Made by a program: the position numbers and the translations under genes. A DNA stretch of 64,000 nt, taken from Cyanobacteria bacterium P01_F01_bin.150 (GTDB taxonomy: Bacteria; Cyanobacteriota; Cyanobacteriia; CAKZMO01). The stretch is taken from positions 32,001-96,000 of the forward strand of contig JBCCYL010000009.1 in NCBI GenBank assembly GCA_039189765.1, written 5' to 3'. Each line of letters opens with the position of its first letter. The first letter of the stretch is position 1. Positions 48,680 through 56,625 of this stretch are shown in pieces. A model generated the notes under the pieces. The model did no database searches, had not been told where the DNA came from, and was given only the letters and a program-made list of their open reading frames with translations.

Positions 48680-49006
48680 TCAGGCACTCTTCTTTGTTGC
48701 CGTCTCTTTTTGAAGAAGAAAATCAAGGTATTCTTCGAGTTGAAGAAGTCTAGGTTCTGATAGCTGTCCTAACTTGTCTAGAATTGCTTGCTGCTGTTGC
48801 CATTGTTGCAGGGGCATGATTTGTGATGCTGCAACTTCTACAGTGACATTAGGAACGTCAAACCCTTCTAGGCTATAGCCATCTTCCTCATTTTCAGGCA
48901 TGGCGTAATATTCCACGACTGTGGCACGATCGCCTCTCTTGAGACGATATTCGGGAATATCTTCGGCCAGGGCAACTTTGGAAAACAGAGGGTGTTGGCT
49001 GCTCAT
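48680..49006 (-). CDS. DUF4926 domain protein (putative antitoxin/immunity) with a short DUF2281-like tail
   Basis: LFSKVALAEDIPEY.LKRGD.ATVVE..GYSLE; tail L.QL.E..L.QL.EYLDFL; ATG 49006 overlaps the upstream stop. Confidence 0.8.
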   Translation of the reverse strand: MSSQHPLFSKVALAEDIPEYRLKRGDRATVVEYYAMPENEEDGYSLEGFDVPNVTVEVAASQIMPLQQWQQQQAILDKLGQLSEPRLLQLEEYLDFLLQKETATKKSA

Positions 49007-49335
49007 AAATTTTCTCCTTTGTCTGGCACTAGGGTAACAAATCTGGTCACTGTGGGAGTCACCATCCAGATCGTTTTGATGTTTAGTTCTACTCCATTTT
49101 CTCCTACCAGAGTGGCTCGGATGCAATATTTCTGTCCGTATTTGTTGGTTTCAAGCAGTTCGGCAGGTTGAGATAAGACTTGAGTTTGTAAGTCTTCTTC
49201 TAGCTTTTCCCAGTTATCAAGCGTGTAACCTGCTTTTGCCAGAAATTTAGATTTGTCATCTTTAGGTAAGGGAATCAGTAAATACTGGGTTAGTTTTGCT
49301 TCTGGAATTGCTGCGTCTGGGGGAAGAAAAGCCAT
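49003..49335 (-). CDS. DUF6883 domain protein (putative nuclease toxin)
   Basis: IPEAKLTQYLL...DKSKFL..AGY...YGQKY.I...L.G.NG..TIW....RFVTLVP. Confidence 0.8.
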   Translation of the reverse strand: MAFLPPDAAIPEAKLTQYLLIPLPKDDKSKFLAKAGYTLDNWEKLEEDLQTQVLSQPAELLETNKYGQKYCIRATLVGENGVELNIKTIWMVTPTVTRFVTLVPDKGENL

Positions 49336-49378
49336 CGATGCACCAAACGAGAATTACTTCTATTGTAATTTAAGTTTT

Positions 49379-49650
49379 GCGATCGCTCCCTTCTCTTGTG
49401 GCCACTCCACCAGCCTGCGATCGCCCCTCTCACCATAACTTGCGACAAAGCGATCGCATTCCTCATCACTACAAGCGATCGCCACTACCAAGTCATCAGT
49501 CAGCGATCGCTCCCTAATCTGCACACATAGCGACCGCTTTTTGTCCCCCTAATAAACAGCAAGCGATCCTCACAACTCTACACACTGCGATCGCCTACCA
49601 AAACTCCATAAGGGTGTTCGCTCTCCATAATACCCACAATCAGCGATCGC
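49379..49650. repeat. HIP1 spacer array 4
   Basis: GCGATCGC at 49379, 49417, 49450, 49475, 49503, 49587, 49643 plus variants at 49530, 49563, 49614. Confidence 0.9.
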
Positions 49651-49684
49651 TCTCCACAAATCTATAACAACGAGAACTGTCTGA

Positions 49685-51217
49685 TTATGCTATTTCCAAA
49701 TGTGTTAAAGGCGACATCATTTGACGACAATACAAAGAGTGACACAGTTGATTTTTTTCATCAAACCAAATGACGCCAATTTTTCTATCTAAACACATAT
49801 ATTCTTGTAACCATGAAACCACAGTTGGTTCATTAGGAAAAACAAGACACAATATTACGTCATAGCCTATGATATGTTGATACCTGAAACGATACTCATA
49901 TAGTTGACTAATTCCTTTTCGAGATTGACTTAGGAGATTATCTCTCGTCGTACTTTTGACCTCAAAAATGAATTTCTCTCCGTTAGAAGGTAATTGAGCA
50001 AAAAGATCAATATGTTCATTTTCGGTTGACTCAACACCACGTTCTTTAAGATAAGAATAGAGCTTCTCCAGAATTATCTTGTGATTCAGATTTGCTCTTT
50101 GCCGCTTAATTCTAGTGATTTCTGGGTCAGCATAAACTGGCTTCTTCAATTTTTTATTTTGAGGATTAGACTCCTCAAATTTTAGAGGCTTAAACTCGTA
50201 TATACTCTCTGATTTCTGAATTTCTATTTGATTATCAGAGGAAATATCAAGACCTTGAAGCTCAGTATAAATTTTAGGATCTTCATTTGTCAGGATTTCA
50301 ACCGATTCTGCACTTAGTGTTTTGATACCGTCAAAATAATCACCCCAGGAACAAATCCTGACCTCATCTAACAGATCATCAGAGCTTGATGCCTTATCAA
50401 ATCCCCGAAACTCAGTTTGTATAGCACTAATTGCATTTAATTTAGCTTCAAGCTGGCGTCTATCGGATTGACTAACATATCTTCTAAGTCTAATTGCATC
50501 ACGATCAGAAACCAACAAATTAGTATGCTTTAGAATATGAAAACGACTCTCATATTTCTGAGGCGGAAATAAAGTACCGTTACGAGACTTTTCTAGTACA
50601 CAAATCACATCATCTAAATTTGGATTAGCACGACTATTTGTTCTAGGATGGTTGGCTAGAATAAAAACTTCTGACCGAGATAAAGCTGCATTAAAGAGGC
50701 TAACATCTCGCAAGAAAGAGTCAGCCTGAATACCTTTGCATATAAGCCTTAAGGGGGATAAATGTATATTATTTTTGACAAATTCTAAAGTTCTGTCACG
50801 TGTGTTAGATTGTATCCTTACATTATTAGAATTTGTTTGATAAGCAATACCCATGCCGTTTGGATACTGAAATAGTGTAAGTTGAAGTACCATAAAGGAT
50901 GATACATTTGGCTCTTCGCAAACTAAAAATCGCCTGGTGGTTTCGCTAATAAATATATGCCAGATTCCATCTTTAAGTGCAACTCTGTATAGCCCTAAAT
51001 ACGCAGGGTAAGCACTTATCTCATCTCTAAATTTAGAAGGATCTCTTGCGACCTTAGATGCTCTTGGACTGATTTTTGACAAACGAGCTTCGATTGCTTT
51101 TCGGTCGTAAGGTTTTCCATCAAATTCGGAAAATATAGTCGCAATATCAATCAGCTTATCCGACCAGTCGTCACCACTTGAATGAATTTTATGACTAAAT
51201 AGATCTTTTATTTCCAT
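49685..51217 (-). CDS. Putative restriction endonuclease with C-terminal PD-(D/E)XK domain
   Basis: IDLFAQ..FIFEVKS..RKGISQLYEY; overlaps the 3' end of a C5-MTase by 23 bp; AT-rich. Confidence 0.7.
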   Translation of the reverse strand: MEIKDLFSHKIHSSGDDWSDKLIDIATIFSEFDGKPYDRKAIEARLSKISPRASKVARDPSKFRDEISAYPAYLGLYRVALKDGIWHIFISETTRRFLVCEEPNVSSFMVLQLTLFQYPNGMGIAYQTNSNNVRIQSNTRDRTLEFVKNNIHLSPLRLICKGIQADSFLRDVSLFNAALSRSEVFILANHPRTNSRANPNLDDVICVLEKSRNGTLFPPQKYESRFHILKHTNLLVSDRDAIRLRRYVSQSDRRQLEAKLNAISAIQTEFRGFDKASSSDDLLDEVRICSWGDYFDGIKTLSAESVEILTNEDPKIYTELQGLDISSDNQIEIQKSESIYEFKPLKFEESNPQNKKLKKPVYADPEITRIKRQRANLNHKIILEKLYSYLKERGVESTENEHIDLFAQLPSNGEKFIFEVKSTTRDNLLSQSRKGISQLYEYRFRYQHIIGYDVILCLVFPNEPTVVSWLQEYMCLDRKIGVIWFDEKNQLCHSLYCRQMMSPLTHLEIA

Positions 51218-52322
51218 TACTTAAAAAATTGAGTTCTAGGATTTTAATTAACTCATCAATGCTTGGTTTTGCTTCTGTATTAAAAATATTCTGCGAAACA
51301 TATCTCGCTAAAATACCCGCAAATAGTGGTGGAACCGCATTGCCAACCTGACGAATTACATGTCTCCCAGTCCCATGAAAATCCCACCAATCAGGGAATG
51401 TTTGAATACGAGCGCTTTCTCGTGGAGTCACTTCTCGTGGGTCATAGGGATGGACATGTCCTTTCCCTCCACCTGCATCAGAACCAACAATAATTGTAAA
51501 GCTTGGTCTATCTGGATTTAATTTATTTATTCTCGTTTTTGGATCTCTTTCTCCATAGGATAAGGAATGATAACGCTCAACAATTCTTTCACTGTGCTTG
51601 CGTCCCACATGTCCATTGAGCGGCGGTTTTTTTTTCCAATCAGTGATGGGTTTAGGTAAACCGGATAGTGCAGACTGAACAGTATTAAATGGCCGACAAT
51701 CATTCAATAATGATTTTTGCTCTCCAAAAATTTCTTTTTTTACTTCTGAATGAGTTGAAAACATTTTTGGAACTTTCTTGCCAGAGCGAGTTCCAATAAA
51801 GAATAGTCTTCGTCTAAATTGAGGCACACCAAACTCAGCTAGCTCATATTCATGGTCTGAGATGGTATATTCTCCGCTCAAAGATAAAGTCTTAAGAAGT
51901 TCCTGATATAGGTTGCCATTGTGGATAGTTTTCAACCCAGTCACATTCTCAAAGATAAATGCTTCAGGCTTTATCTCGTTAATTATTCGGGCGTATTCGA
52001 ATACCAAACCACCACGAGGATCTTCTAATCCCTTTCTTCGACCAAAAATAGAGAATGCCTGACACGGAGGACCACCAATAATGAAATCGATGTTGCAGTG
52101 ACCGATCTCATTCTTGACACTTTGTTGTGATAGCTGCCGCACGTCCTGACATAAAACCGGATGCTTGTTGAGATAAGGCTTCTTCTCTTGGTTTTGCTCT
52201 AGTGTTTTACATGAGAACGAGTCTATATCAGATGATAAAACTAAATGAAAACCAGCAGCAGAAAAACCTAAGTCAAGGCCACCGCCACCAGAAAACAACC
52301 CTAGTGTGTTGATTTGTGTCAT
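51195..52322 (-). CDS. DNA (cytosine-5) methyltransferase
   Basis: LFSGGGG (I), GGPPCQ (IV), FENV (VI), QFRRRLF (VIII), RESARIQTFP (IX), QVGNAVPP (X). Confidence 0.96.
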   Translation of the reverse strand: MTQINTLGLFSGGGGLDLGFSAAGFHLVLSSDIDSFSCKTLEQNQEKKPYLNKHPVLCQDVRQLSQQSVKNEIGHCNIDFIIGGPPCQAFSIFGRRKGLEDPRGGLVFEYARIINEIKPEAFIFENVTGLKTIHNGNLYQELLKTLSLSGEYTISDHEYELAEFGVPQFRRRLFFIGTRSGKKVPKMFSTHSEVKKEIFGEQKSLLNDCRPFNTVQSALSGLPKPITDWKKKPPLNGHVGRKHSERIVERYHSLSYGERDPKTRINKLNPDRPSFTIIVGSDAGGGKGHVHPYDPREVTPRESARIQTFPDWWDFHGTGRHVIRQVGNAVPPLFAGILARYVSQNIFNTEAKPSIDELIKILELNFLSNGNKRSI

Positions 52323-52554
52323 CTATCAACGTCCAAACAATCATTAAGCTGGGTGAATGAGAATTAACAGTTGATGATGTAACTCCCACTTTAAGAACTA
52401 TAGTACCAGCTCTAGCTACTGCTGATATTGCTACATATCTAGCGTTCTCCTCAAACGCATCGGAGAGGCTATCGGTTAACGCCTTTTGAATATGGTACAG
52501 CACTCGCTCATAATAGAGGGGCATCACCTTAACAAACTAGAATACTATGTTTTT

Positions 52555-52779
52555 CCAAAACTCTAAGATATTCGCAGCACGGAAGCTACCCGTATACGCC
52601 CGGTGACTCCACAGCAGCTCTTACGCTTCGTGGACGTCTTCGGGAATGCCTTCTACCACGGTGCTGATGTTGGAATGGGTAGATGTGATCGCCATTCCAA
52701 ACAAATTAACTTCGAATGACGATAAACGGTTAGTAACCAGTCCCAGTGGCCCTGCATCCAAGAGAATTACTCGACTCAC
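52555..52779 (-). pseudogene. Decayed PIN-domain (VapC-like) toxin
   Basis: GTG 52779 overlaps the upstream TGA; reads VSRVILLDAGPLGLVTN, then a frameshifted CLEW..HL and IPED.HEA*ELL; stop at 52621-52623. Confidence 0.75.
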
Positions 52780-53486
52780 CAGCTAACCCCTTTCATTGAC
52801 GAGGGAAAGAGTTTTCGCTCCGAAGAACGGTTTTTATCGAGTGCATGGACAAGAAATTCCCCTGTTTCGCATTGTTCAGGATCATCCTCATCCAACCAGC
52901 TTTGCAACAACTGCACGCCTTCAATTGCTGAAGCCGATACTTGAGGGGTTGAAGCTACCTGCTGTTGAGCCTCAGAAGATAAGGATTGAGTCCCAGACTC
53001 TGTTGCAGCAAGCCGCATTTCTCTCAATGCATTCAATAAATAGTCAAGGTACTGTTCAAATGAATCCGCACTCTCTCCTTCGATGCCGTGATGAAGCTTG
53101 ATATATTCCAATGCAACGACTGCACAATCTACGTCTAACTCTAATGCTTGATACGTTTCCTTCAGTCTTGATAGAGCATAGTCATCAAGGGGGGCAGAGC
53201 TATCCGTAACTAAACAGTAGCTTATTAGCCTTAGGAAGAAAGTAATGTCTCGATAACAACATGCGCTGTGACGTGTATCCAAGGCATAGCTGGGAAAATG
53301 CATGTAAACAGCTTGAGACGCTTTCTGAGCTAAAGAGTCTGAACATCTTGCTAATTGCTGTGCCGCATCTAGTCTTACAGATGCCTTGTGGAAACCATGC
53401 CAAACACTTTGCATCTCAGAGTTATTTAAAAAACGAGCTTGATCATGAGCATCAGCACAGATAGCGTTTATGGTACTAATATTCAT
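52776..53486 (-). CDS. Phycobiliprotein-like domain fused to a C-terminal antitoxin-like domain
   Basis: ADAHDQARFL..E, AVY.HFP, CYRDI.FFLR.ISYCLV, PLDDY, YIK.HHG..G, YLDY.LNAL (phycocyanin-alpha-like); tail LLQSWLDEDD.EQ.ETGEFL..ALDK.R.SERKLFP..KGVSW. Confidence 0.85.
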   Translation of the reverse strand: MNISTINAICADAHDQARFLNNSEMQSVWHGFHKASVRLDAAQQLARCSDSLAQKASQAVYMHFPSYALDTRHSACCYRDITFFLRLISYCLVTDSSAPLDDYALSRLKETYQALELDVDCAVVALEYIKLHHGIEGESADSFEQYLDYLLNALREMRLAATESGTQSLSSEAQQQVASTPQVSASAIEGVQLLQSWLDEDDPEQCETGEFLVHALDKNRSSERKLFPSSMKGVSW

Positions 53487-53983
53487 ATTTTCCTATTTCC
53501 TTCAACACTAACCAGCAATATCAGAATCAATGCATGTTGTTTGTAAATGAATTTATGAGGTCGTCTTCCTTGTTTTAACATCTTCCTTTTCCTTGGAGCT
53601 ATTCAAAACCCCACCGACCTAGTAAGGCTTGTCCTGGCTGACTCCGGCCTTGGCTACCGTTACCGCGCCGTAGACCGATAGCTGATGCTGACGGAGCAGT
53701 TGGGCAATAGGCCATGCATAGGCAGGCAAGAATGCGATCGCCATTCCTAATTACTCAGAAATCCACAAAATTCTGACCTTTTCCTGACTCCTCAGCCTTC
53801 AGTGGCCTATTTCTGCCAAATAACGTTAAATACCAGGCAAGTCTGGAGCTTGACTCTGAACAAGAATCAGCCTATGTTCGTTTTTATGGCGATCGCAACG
53901 CTGCATCGGTAATTTACATCCAAGTGACTTACCGTATCAGCCCCTTGCCGTCGCTCTGGCTCAGAACTCAGGAGACTTAGCGC

Positions 53984-54015
53984 CATCGGCGGGTGCAGCG
54001 AACACCACACCGATG
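53984..54015 (+). promoter_or_regulatory. Stem-loop in the leader of a small-protein gene
   Basis: CATCGGCGGGTG-CAGCGAA-CACCACACCGATG with a CATCGG/CCGATG closing stem. Confidence 0.4.
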
Positions 54016-54165
54016 ACTACACCCCAAAAACTGTTCGAGGCAGTTCGGAGGTATGGGTTGATTATCGCCCAGCTACCCCGATTTGTACCACAGGTTGCGG
54101 AGTGGCTGAGTGATTTTGGGTTCTGGTCTCTATCCATTGATGTTTATATCTGGAGACCAGAAAAC

Positions 54166-54531
54166 ATGTCTCAACCCTTTGAACCGGGCGTATTTACGCC
54201 CACAGTTTGTGATGAAAATTATCCTGGAAACTACCCTGGAAACTACCCTGCATATTACGCAGGCAATTACCTGACAAACTACACCACAAGCTATATTGCG
54301 AATTATGCAGCAAACACCGTGGCAGTAAGTGCAACGATGTCGTCATCGTCGCCGCCCCACTACGAACCCGTGCGCCATATGCTCTTTGGCAGCATCGCCG
54401 CAGTCCAGAACACGATCAAACTGCTGTACGTCCTTAACTACGCCGAACCCAATGATTGGAGTCATCCTGTTCCGTCAGGCCAACCCGGTGAAGTCGTCGT
54501 CGTCTTAACTAAAAAAGTTCGTATCGGCTAA
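54166..54531 (+). CDS. Small cyanobacterial hypothetical protein with NY-x-x repeats
   Basis: GGAGA SD at 54152; C-terminal VRHMLFGS..AV..TI..L.VLNYAEPNDWS.P.P...GEV domain; ORF is also open upstream to 54013. Confidence 0.75.
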   Translation: MSQPFEPGVFTPTVCDENYPGNYPGNYPAYYAGNYLTNYTTSYIANYAANTVAVSATMSSSSPPHYEPVRHMLFGSIAAVQNTIKLLYVLNYAEPNDWSHPVPSGQPGEVVVVLTKKVRIG

Positions 54532-54578
54532 CTAGTAATAGGCGGCAGAAGTTCTGCCCCATTAATTCTGGTAATTCT

Positions 54579-54631
54579 GGTTCCCAGACTCCGGCTGGGA
54601 ACCACACTTGGAGACTCTGGCTCCAGGTGTG
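54579..54631. repeat. Tandem pair of REP-like hairpins
   Basis: GGTTCCCAG-ACTCCGG-CTGGGAACC and CACACTTGGAG-ACTCTGG-CTCCAGGTGTG. Confidence 0.65.
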
Positions 54632-54649
54632 TTTAAATTCAGCTAGTTA

Positions 54650-54658
54650 TGCTACCCT
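54650..54658 (+). promoter_or_regulatory. Putative extended -10 promoter of rpsB-tsf
   Basis: TG-C-TACCCT just upstream of the rpsB leader. Confidence 0.45.
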
Positions 54659-54677
54659 AGTGGGGTTGTCAAAAAAT

Positions 54678-54766
54678 CGCACACCCAGACTTTCGGGTGT
54701 TTTCGTGAATTGTTGTTTAACCACTTCATCACGAAAATGCACCTGGGTGGAGGCATAACCCGAATA
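54678..54766 (+). ncRNA. rpsB 5' leader (S2 autoregulatory, t44-like)
   Basis: GCACACCC..CGGGTG, inner stem TTTTCGTGA/TCACGAAAA, GGGTGGAGGCATAACCC before the rpsB SD. Confidence 0.7.
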
Positions 54767-54778
54767 AGGAGAAAATAC

Positions 54779-55585
54779 ATGCCAGTTGTTTCGTTGGCTC
54801 AATTACTTGAGTCAGGTGTTCACTTTGGGCACCAGACCCGCCGCTGGAATCCTAAGATGGATCAGTATATCTATACAGCGCGTAACGGGGTTCATATTAT
54901 TGACCTGGTTCAGACCGCCCAGCTAATGGAAGAAGCCTATGCTTTTATGCGGAATGCGTCTGAGAAGGGTCAGAAAGTATTATTTGTTGGCACTAAGCGC
55001 CAGGCAGCTGGAATTGTTGCTCAGGAAGCCGTACGCTGTGGTTCCTACTATGTGAATCAGCGTTGGTTGGGTGGCATGTTGACCAACTGGGCAACGATCA
55101 AGACCCGCTGTGAGCGCCTCAAGGAGTTGGAACGTCGTGAGGAGACAGGTGCGTTAGATCTCCTGCCCAAAAAAGAAGCCTCCATGTTGCGTCGTGAGAT
55201 GGAAAAGCTTCGTAAGTATTTGGGTGGCATTAAAACCATGCGTCAGGTTCCTGACATTGTCGTCATCGTGGACCAGAAGCGTGAGTATAACGCAGTGCAA
55301 GAATGTCAGAAGCTGGGTCTACCCATCATCTCTTTGCTAGATACCAACTGTGATCCTGACGTTGTTGATATTCCTATTCCTGCCAACGATGATGCGATTC
55401 GTTCCATCAAGTTAATCGTTGGTAAGTTGGCAGACGCCATCTATGAAGGACGCCACGGCCAACTCGATACTGATGCAGAAGATATAGATGATATCTATGC
55501 AGATTACGATGGTGCCGAAGAAGACTATGATGATTACGAAGAGCCAGTAGAAGAAGCTTCTGCTGAGGAATCTAGCGAAGAATAA
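54779..55585 (+). CDS. rpsB: 30S ribosomal protein S2
   Basis: [48 protein letters not shown]. Confidence 0.99.
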   Translation: MPVVSLAQLLESGVHFGHQTRRWNPKMDQYIYTARNGVHIIDLVQTAQLMEEAYAFMRNASEKGQKVLFVGTKRQAAGIVAQEAVRCGSYYVNQRWLGGMLTNWATIKTRCERLKELERREETGALDLLPKKEASMLRREMEKLRKYLGGIKTMRQVPDIVVIVDQKREYNAVQECQKLGLPIISLLDTNCDPDVVDIPIPANDDAIRSIKLIVGKLADAIYEGRHGQLDTDAEDIDDIYADYDGAEEDYDDYEEPVEEASAEESSEE

Positions 55586-55642
55586 TCTTCTTCAAATGGC
55601 TAAGATATTTGGCGTTGATTTTTAACGTCAATTTAAGTGAAC

Positions 55643-55668
55643 AGATGGGGCTAACTTGTCCCATCTTT
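55643..55668 (+). terminator. Hairpin between rpsB and tsf
   Basis: AGATGGG..CCCATCT with a short T tail. Confidence 0.4.
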
Positions 55669-55747
55669 CAAGCAATGATCTCCCGCTTCAGTGCGGACCT
55701 CAAATAATCACTATCGTTAAACTGAATTGGAGTAGGATTTAGGCACA

Positions 55748-56425
55748 ATGGCTGCGATATCGGCGAAGATCGTCAAAGAGTTACGGGACAAAACGGGCGC
55801 AGGCATGATGGACTGCAAGAAAGCCCTCACAGAAAACGACGGTAATATTGACAAGGCGATCGAATGGCTCCGTCAGAAGGGGATTTCCTCTGCTGAGAAG
55901 AAAGCTGGTAAGGTTGCCGCAGAAGGATTGATTGGTCAATATATCCACACAGGTGGTCGCGTTGGGGTATTAGTTGAAGTCAACTGTCAAACTGACTTTG
56001 TGGCTCGGAATGAATCCTTTCAGGAGTTGGTTCGCAATGTGGCGATGCAGATTGCCGCATGTCCGAATGTCGAGTTTGTTTCCACTGATGAAATTCCTGA
56101 ATCGGTGGTTCAACGAGAGCGAGAGATCGAAATGGGCCGTGAGGACCTAGCAAGCAAGCCCGAAAACATTCGCGAAAAGATTGTTGATGGTCGTATTGGC
56201 AAGCGTTTGGGTGAGTTGGCCCTAATGAGTCAGCCTTACATTCGTGACCAGAGTATTACTGTAGAGGATTTGGTGAAGCAAACGTCCGGTGACTTGGGTG
56301 AAAAAATTCAAGTACGCCGCTTTTCTCGTTTTGTCCTAGGTGAAGGCATCGAGAAGAAAGAAGATGACTTTGCTGCTGAAGTGGCAGCTCAGGCCGCAGC
56401 AGCTAAAGCCAAAGCAAAGGGCTAG
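55748..56425 (+). CDS. tsf: Elongation factor Ts (short cyanobacterial type)
   Basis: [35 protein letters not shown]. Confidence 0.99.
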   Translation: MAAISAKIVKELRDKTGAGMMDCKKALTENDGNIDKAIEWLRQKGISSAEKKAGKVAAEGLIGQYIHTGGRVGVLVEVNCQTDFVARNESFQELVRNVAMQIAACPNVEFVSTDEIPESVVQREREIEMGREDLASKPENIREKIVDGRIGKRLGELALMSQPYIRDQSITVEDLVKQTSGDLGEKIQVRRFSRFVLGEGIEKKEDDFAAEVAAQAAAAKAKAKG

Positions 56426-56625
56426 GCATTCACAGGACAATAAGAATCTAGCTAATGTCTAAAGCCAATTTACTCAATGAGTGAACCATCAATCATTAAT
56501 TTAGCTTGATGAGGCTAGGCGAGTTTTGGGAAATCCGAATAGTATAGGGGGATGGGCCAGCTAAGATTATCTGCTATGCCTGTCCCATTTTTTATTTACT
56601 GGATTACGTAGGAAATACAACGTTT

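Noticed and set aside
47601..48753. ORFs 47601-47831, 47621-47848, 48473-48655, 48484-48753, 48505-48726
   Set aside because: These are translations of the HIP1 arrays (AIA/RSP/DR repeats) with no protein-like content.
47605..49650. HIP1 arrays as a CRISPR array
   Set aside because: The repeat is only 8 bp, spacers are short, compositionally biased and re-used, and no cas genes are present.
52273..52527. 84-aa ORF upstream of the MTase as a controller (C) protein
   Set aside because: No HTH pattern recognised; it overlaps the MTase start and follows the PIN remnant.
52776..53486. Calling the fusion gene cpcA
   Set aside because: Too diverged, carries an 80-aa extension, and has no cpcB, linker or lyase genes nearby.
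47100..53500. Classical integron
   Set aside because: No tyrosine recombinase and no recognisable attC (RYYYAAC...GTTRRRY) structure; kept only as an analogy.
54710..54778. N-terminal extension of RpsB in the ORF track
   Set aside because: This is the structured leader; SD and homology place the start at 54779.
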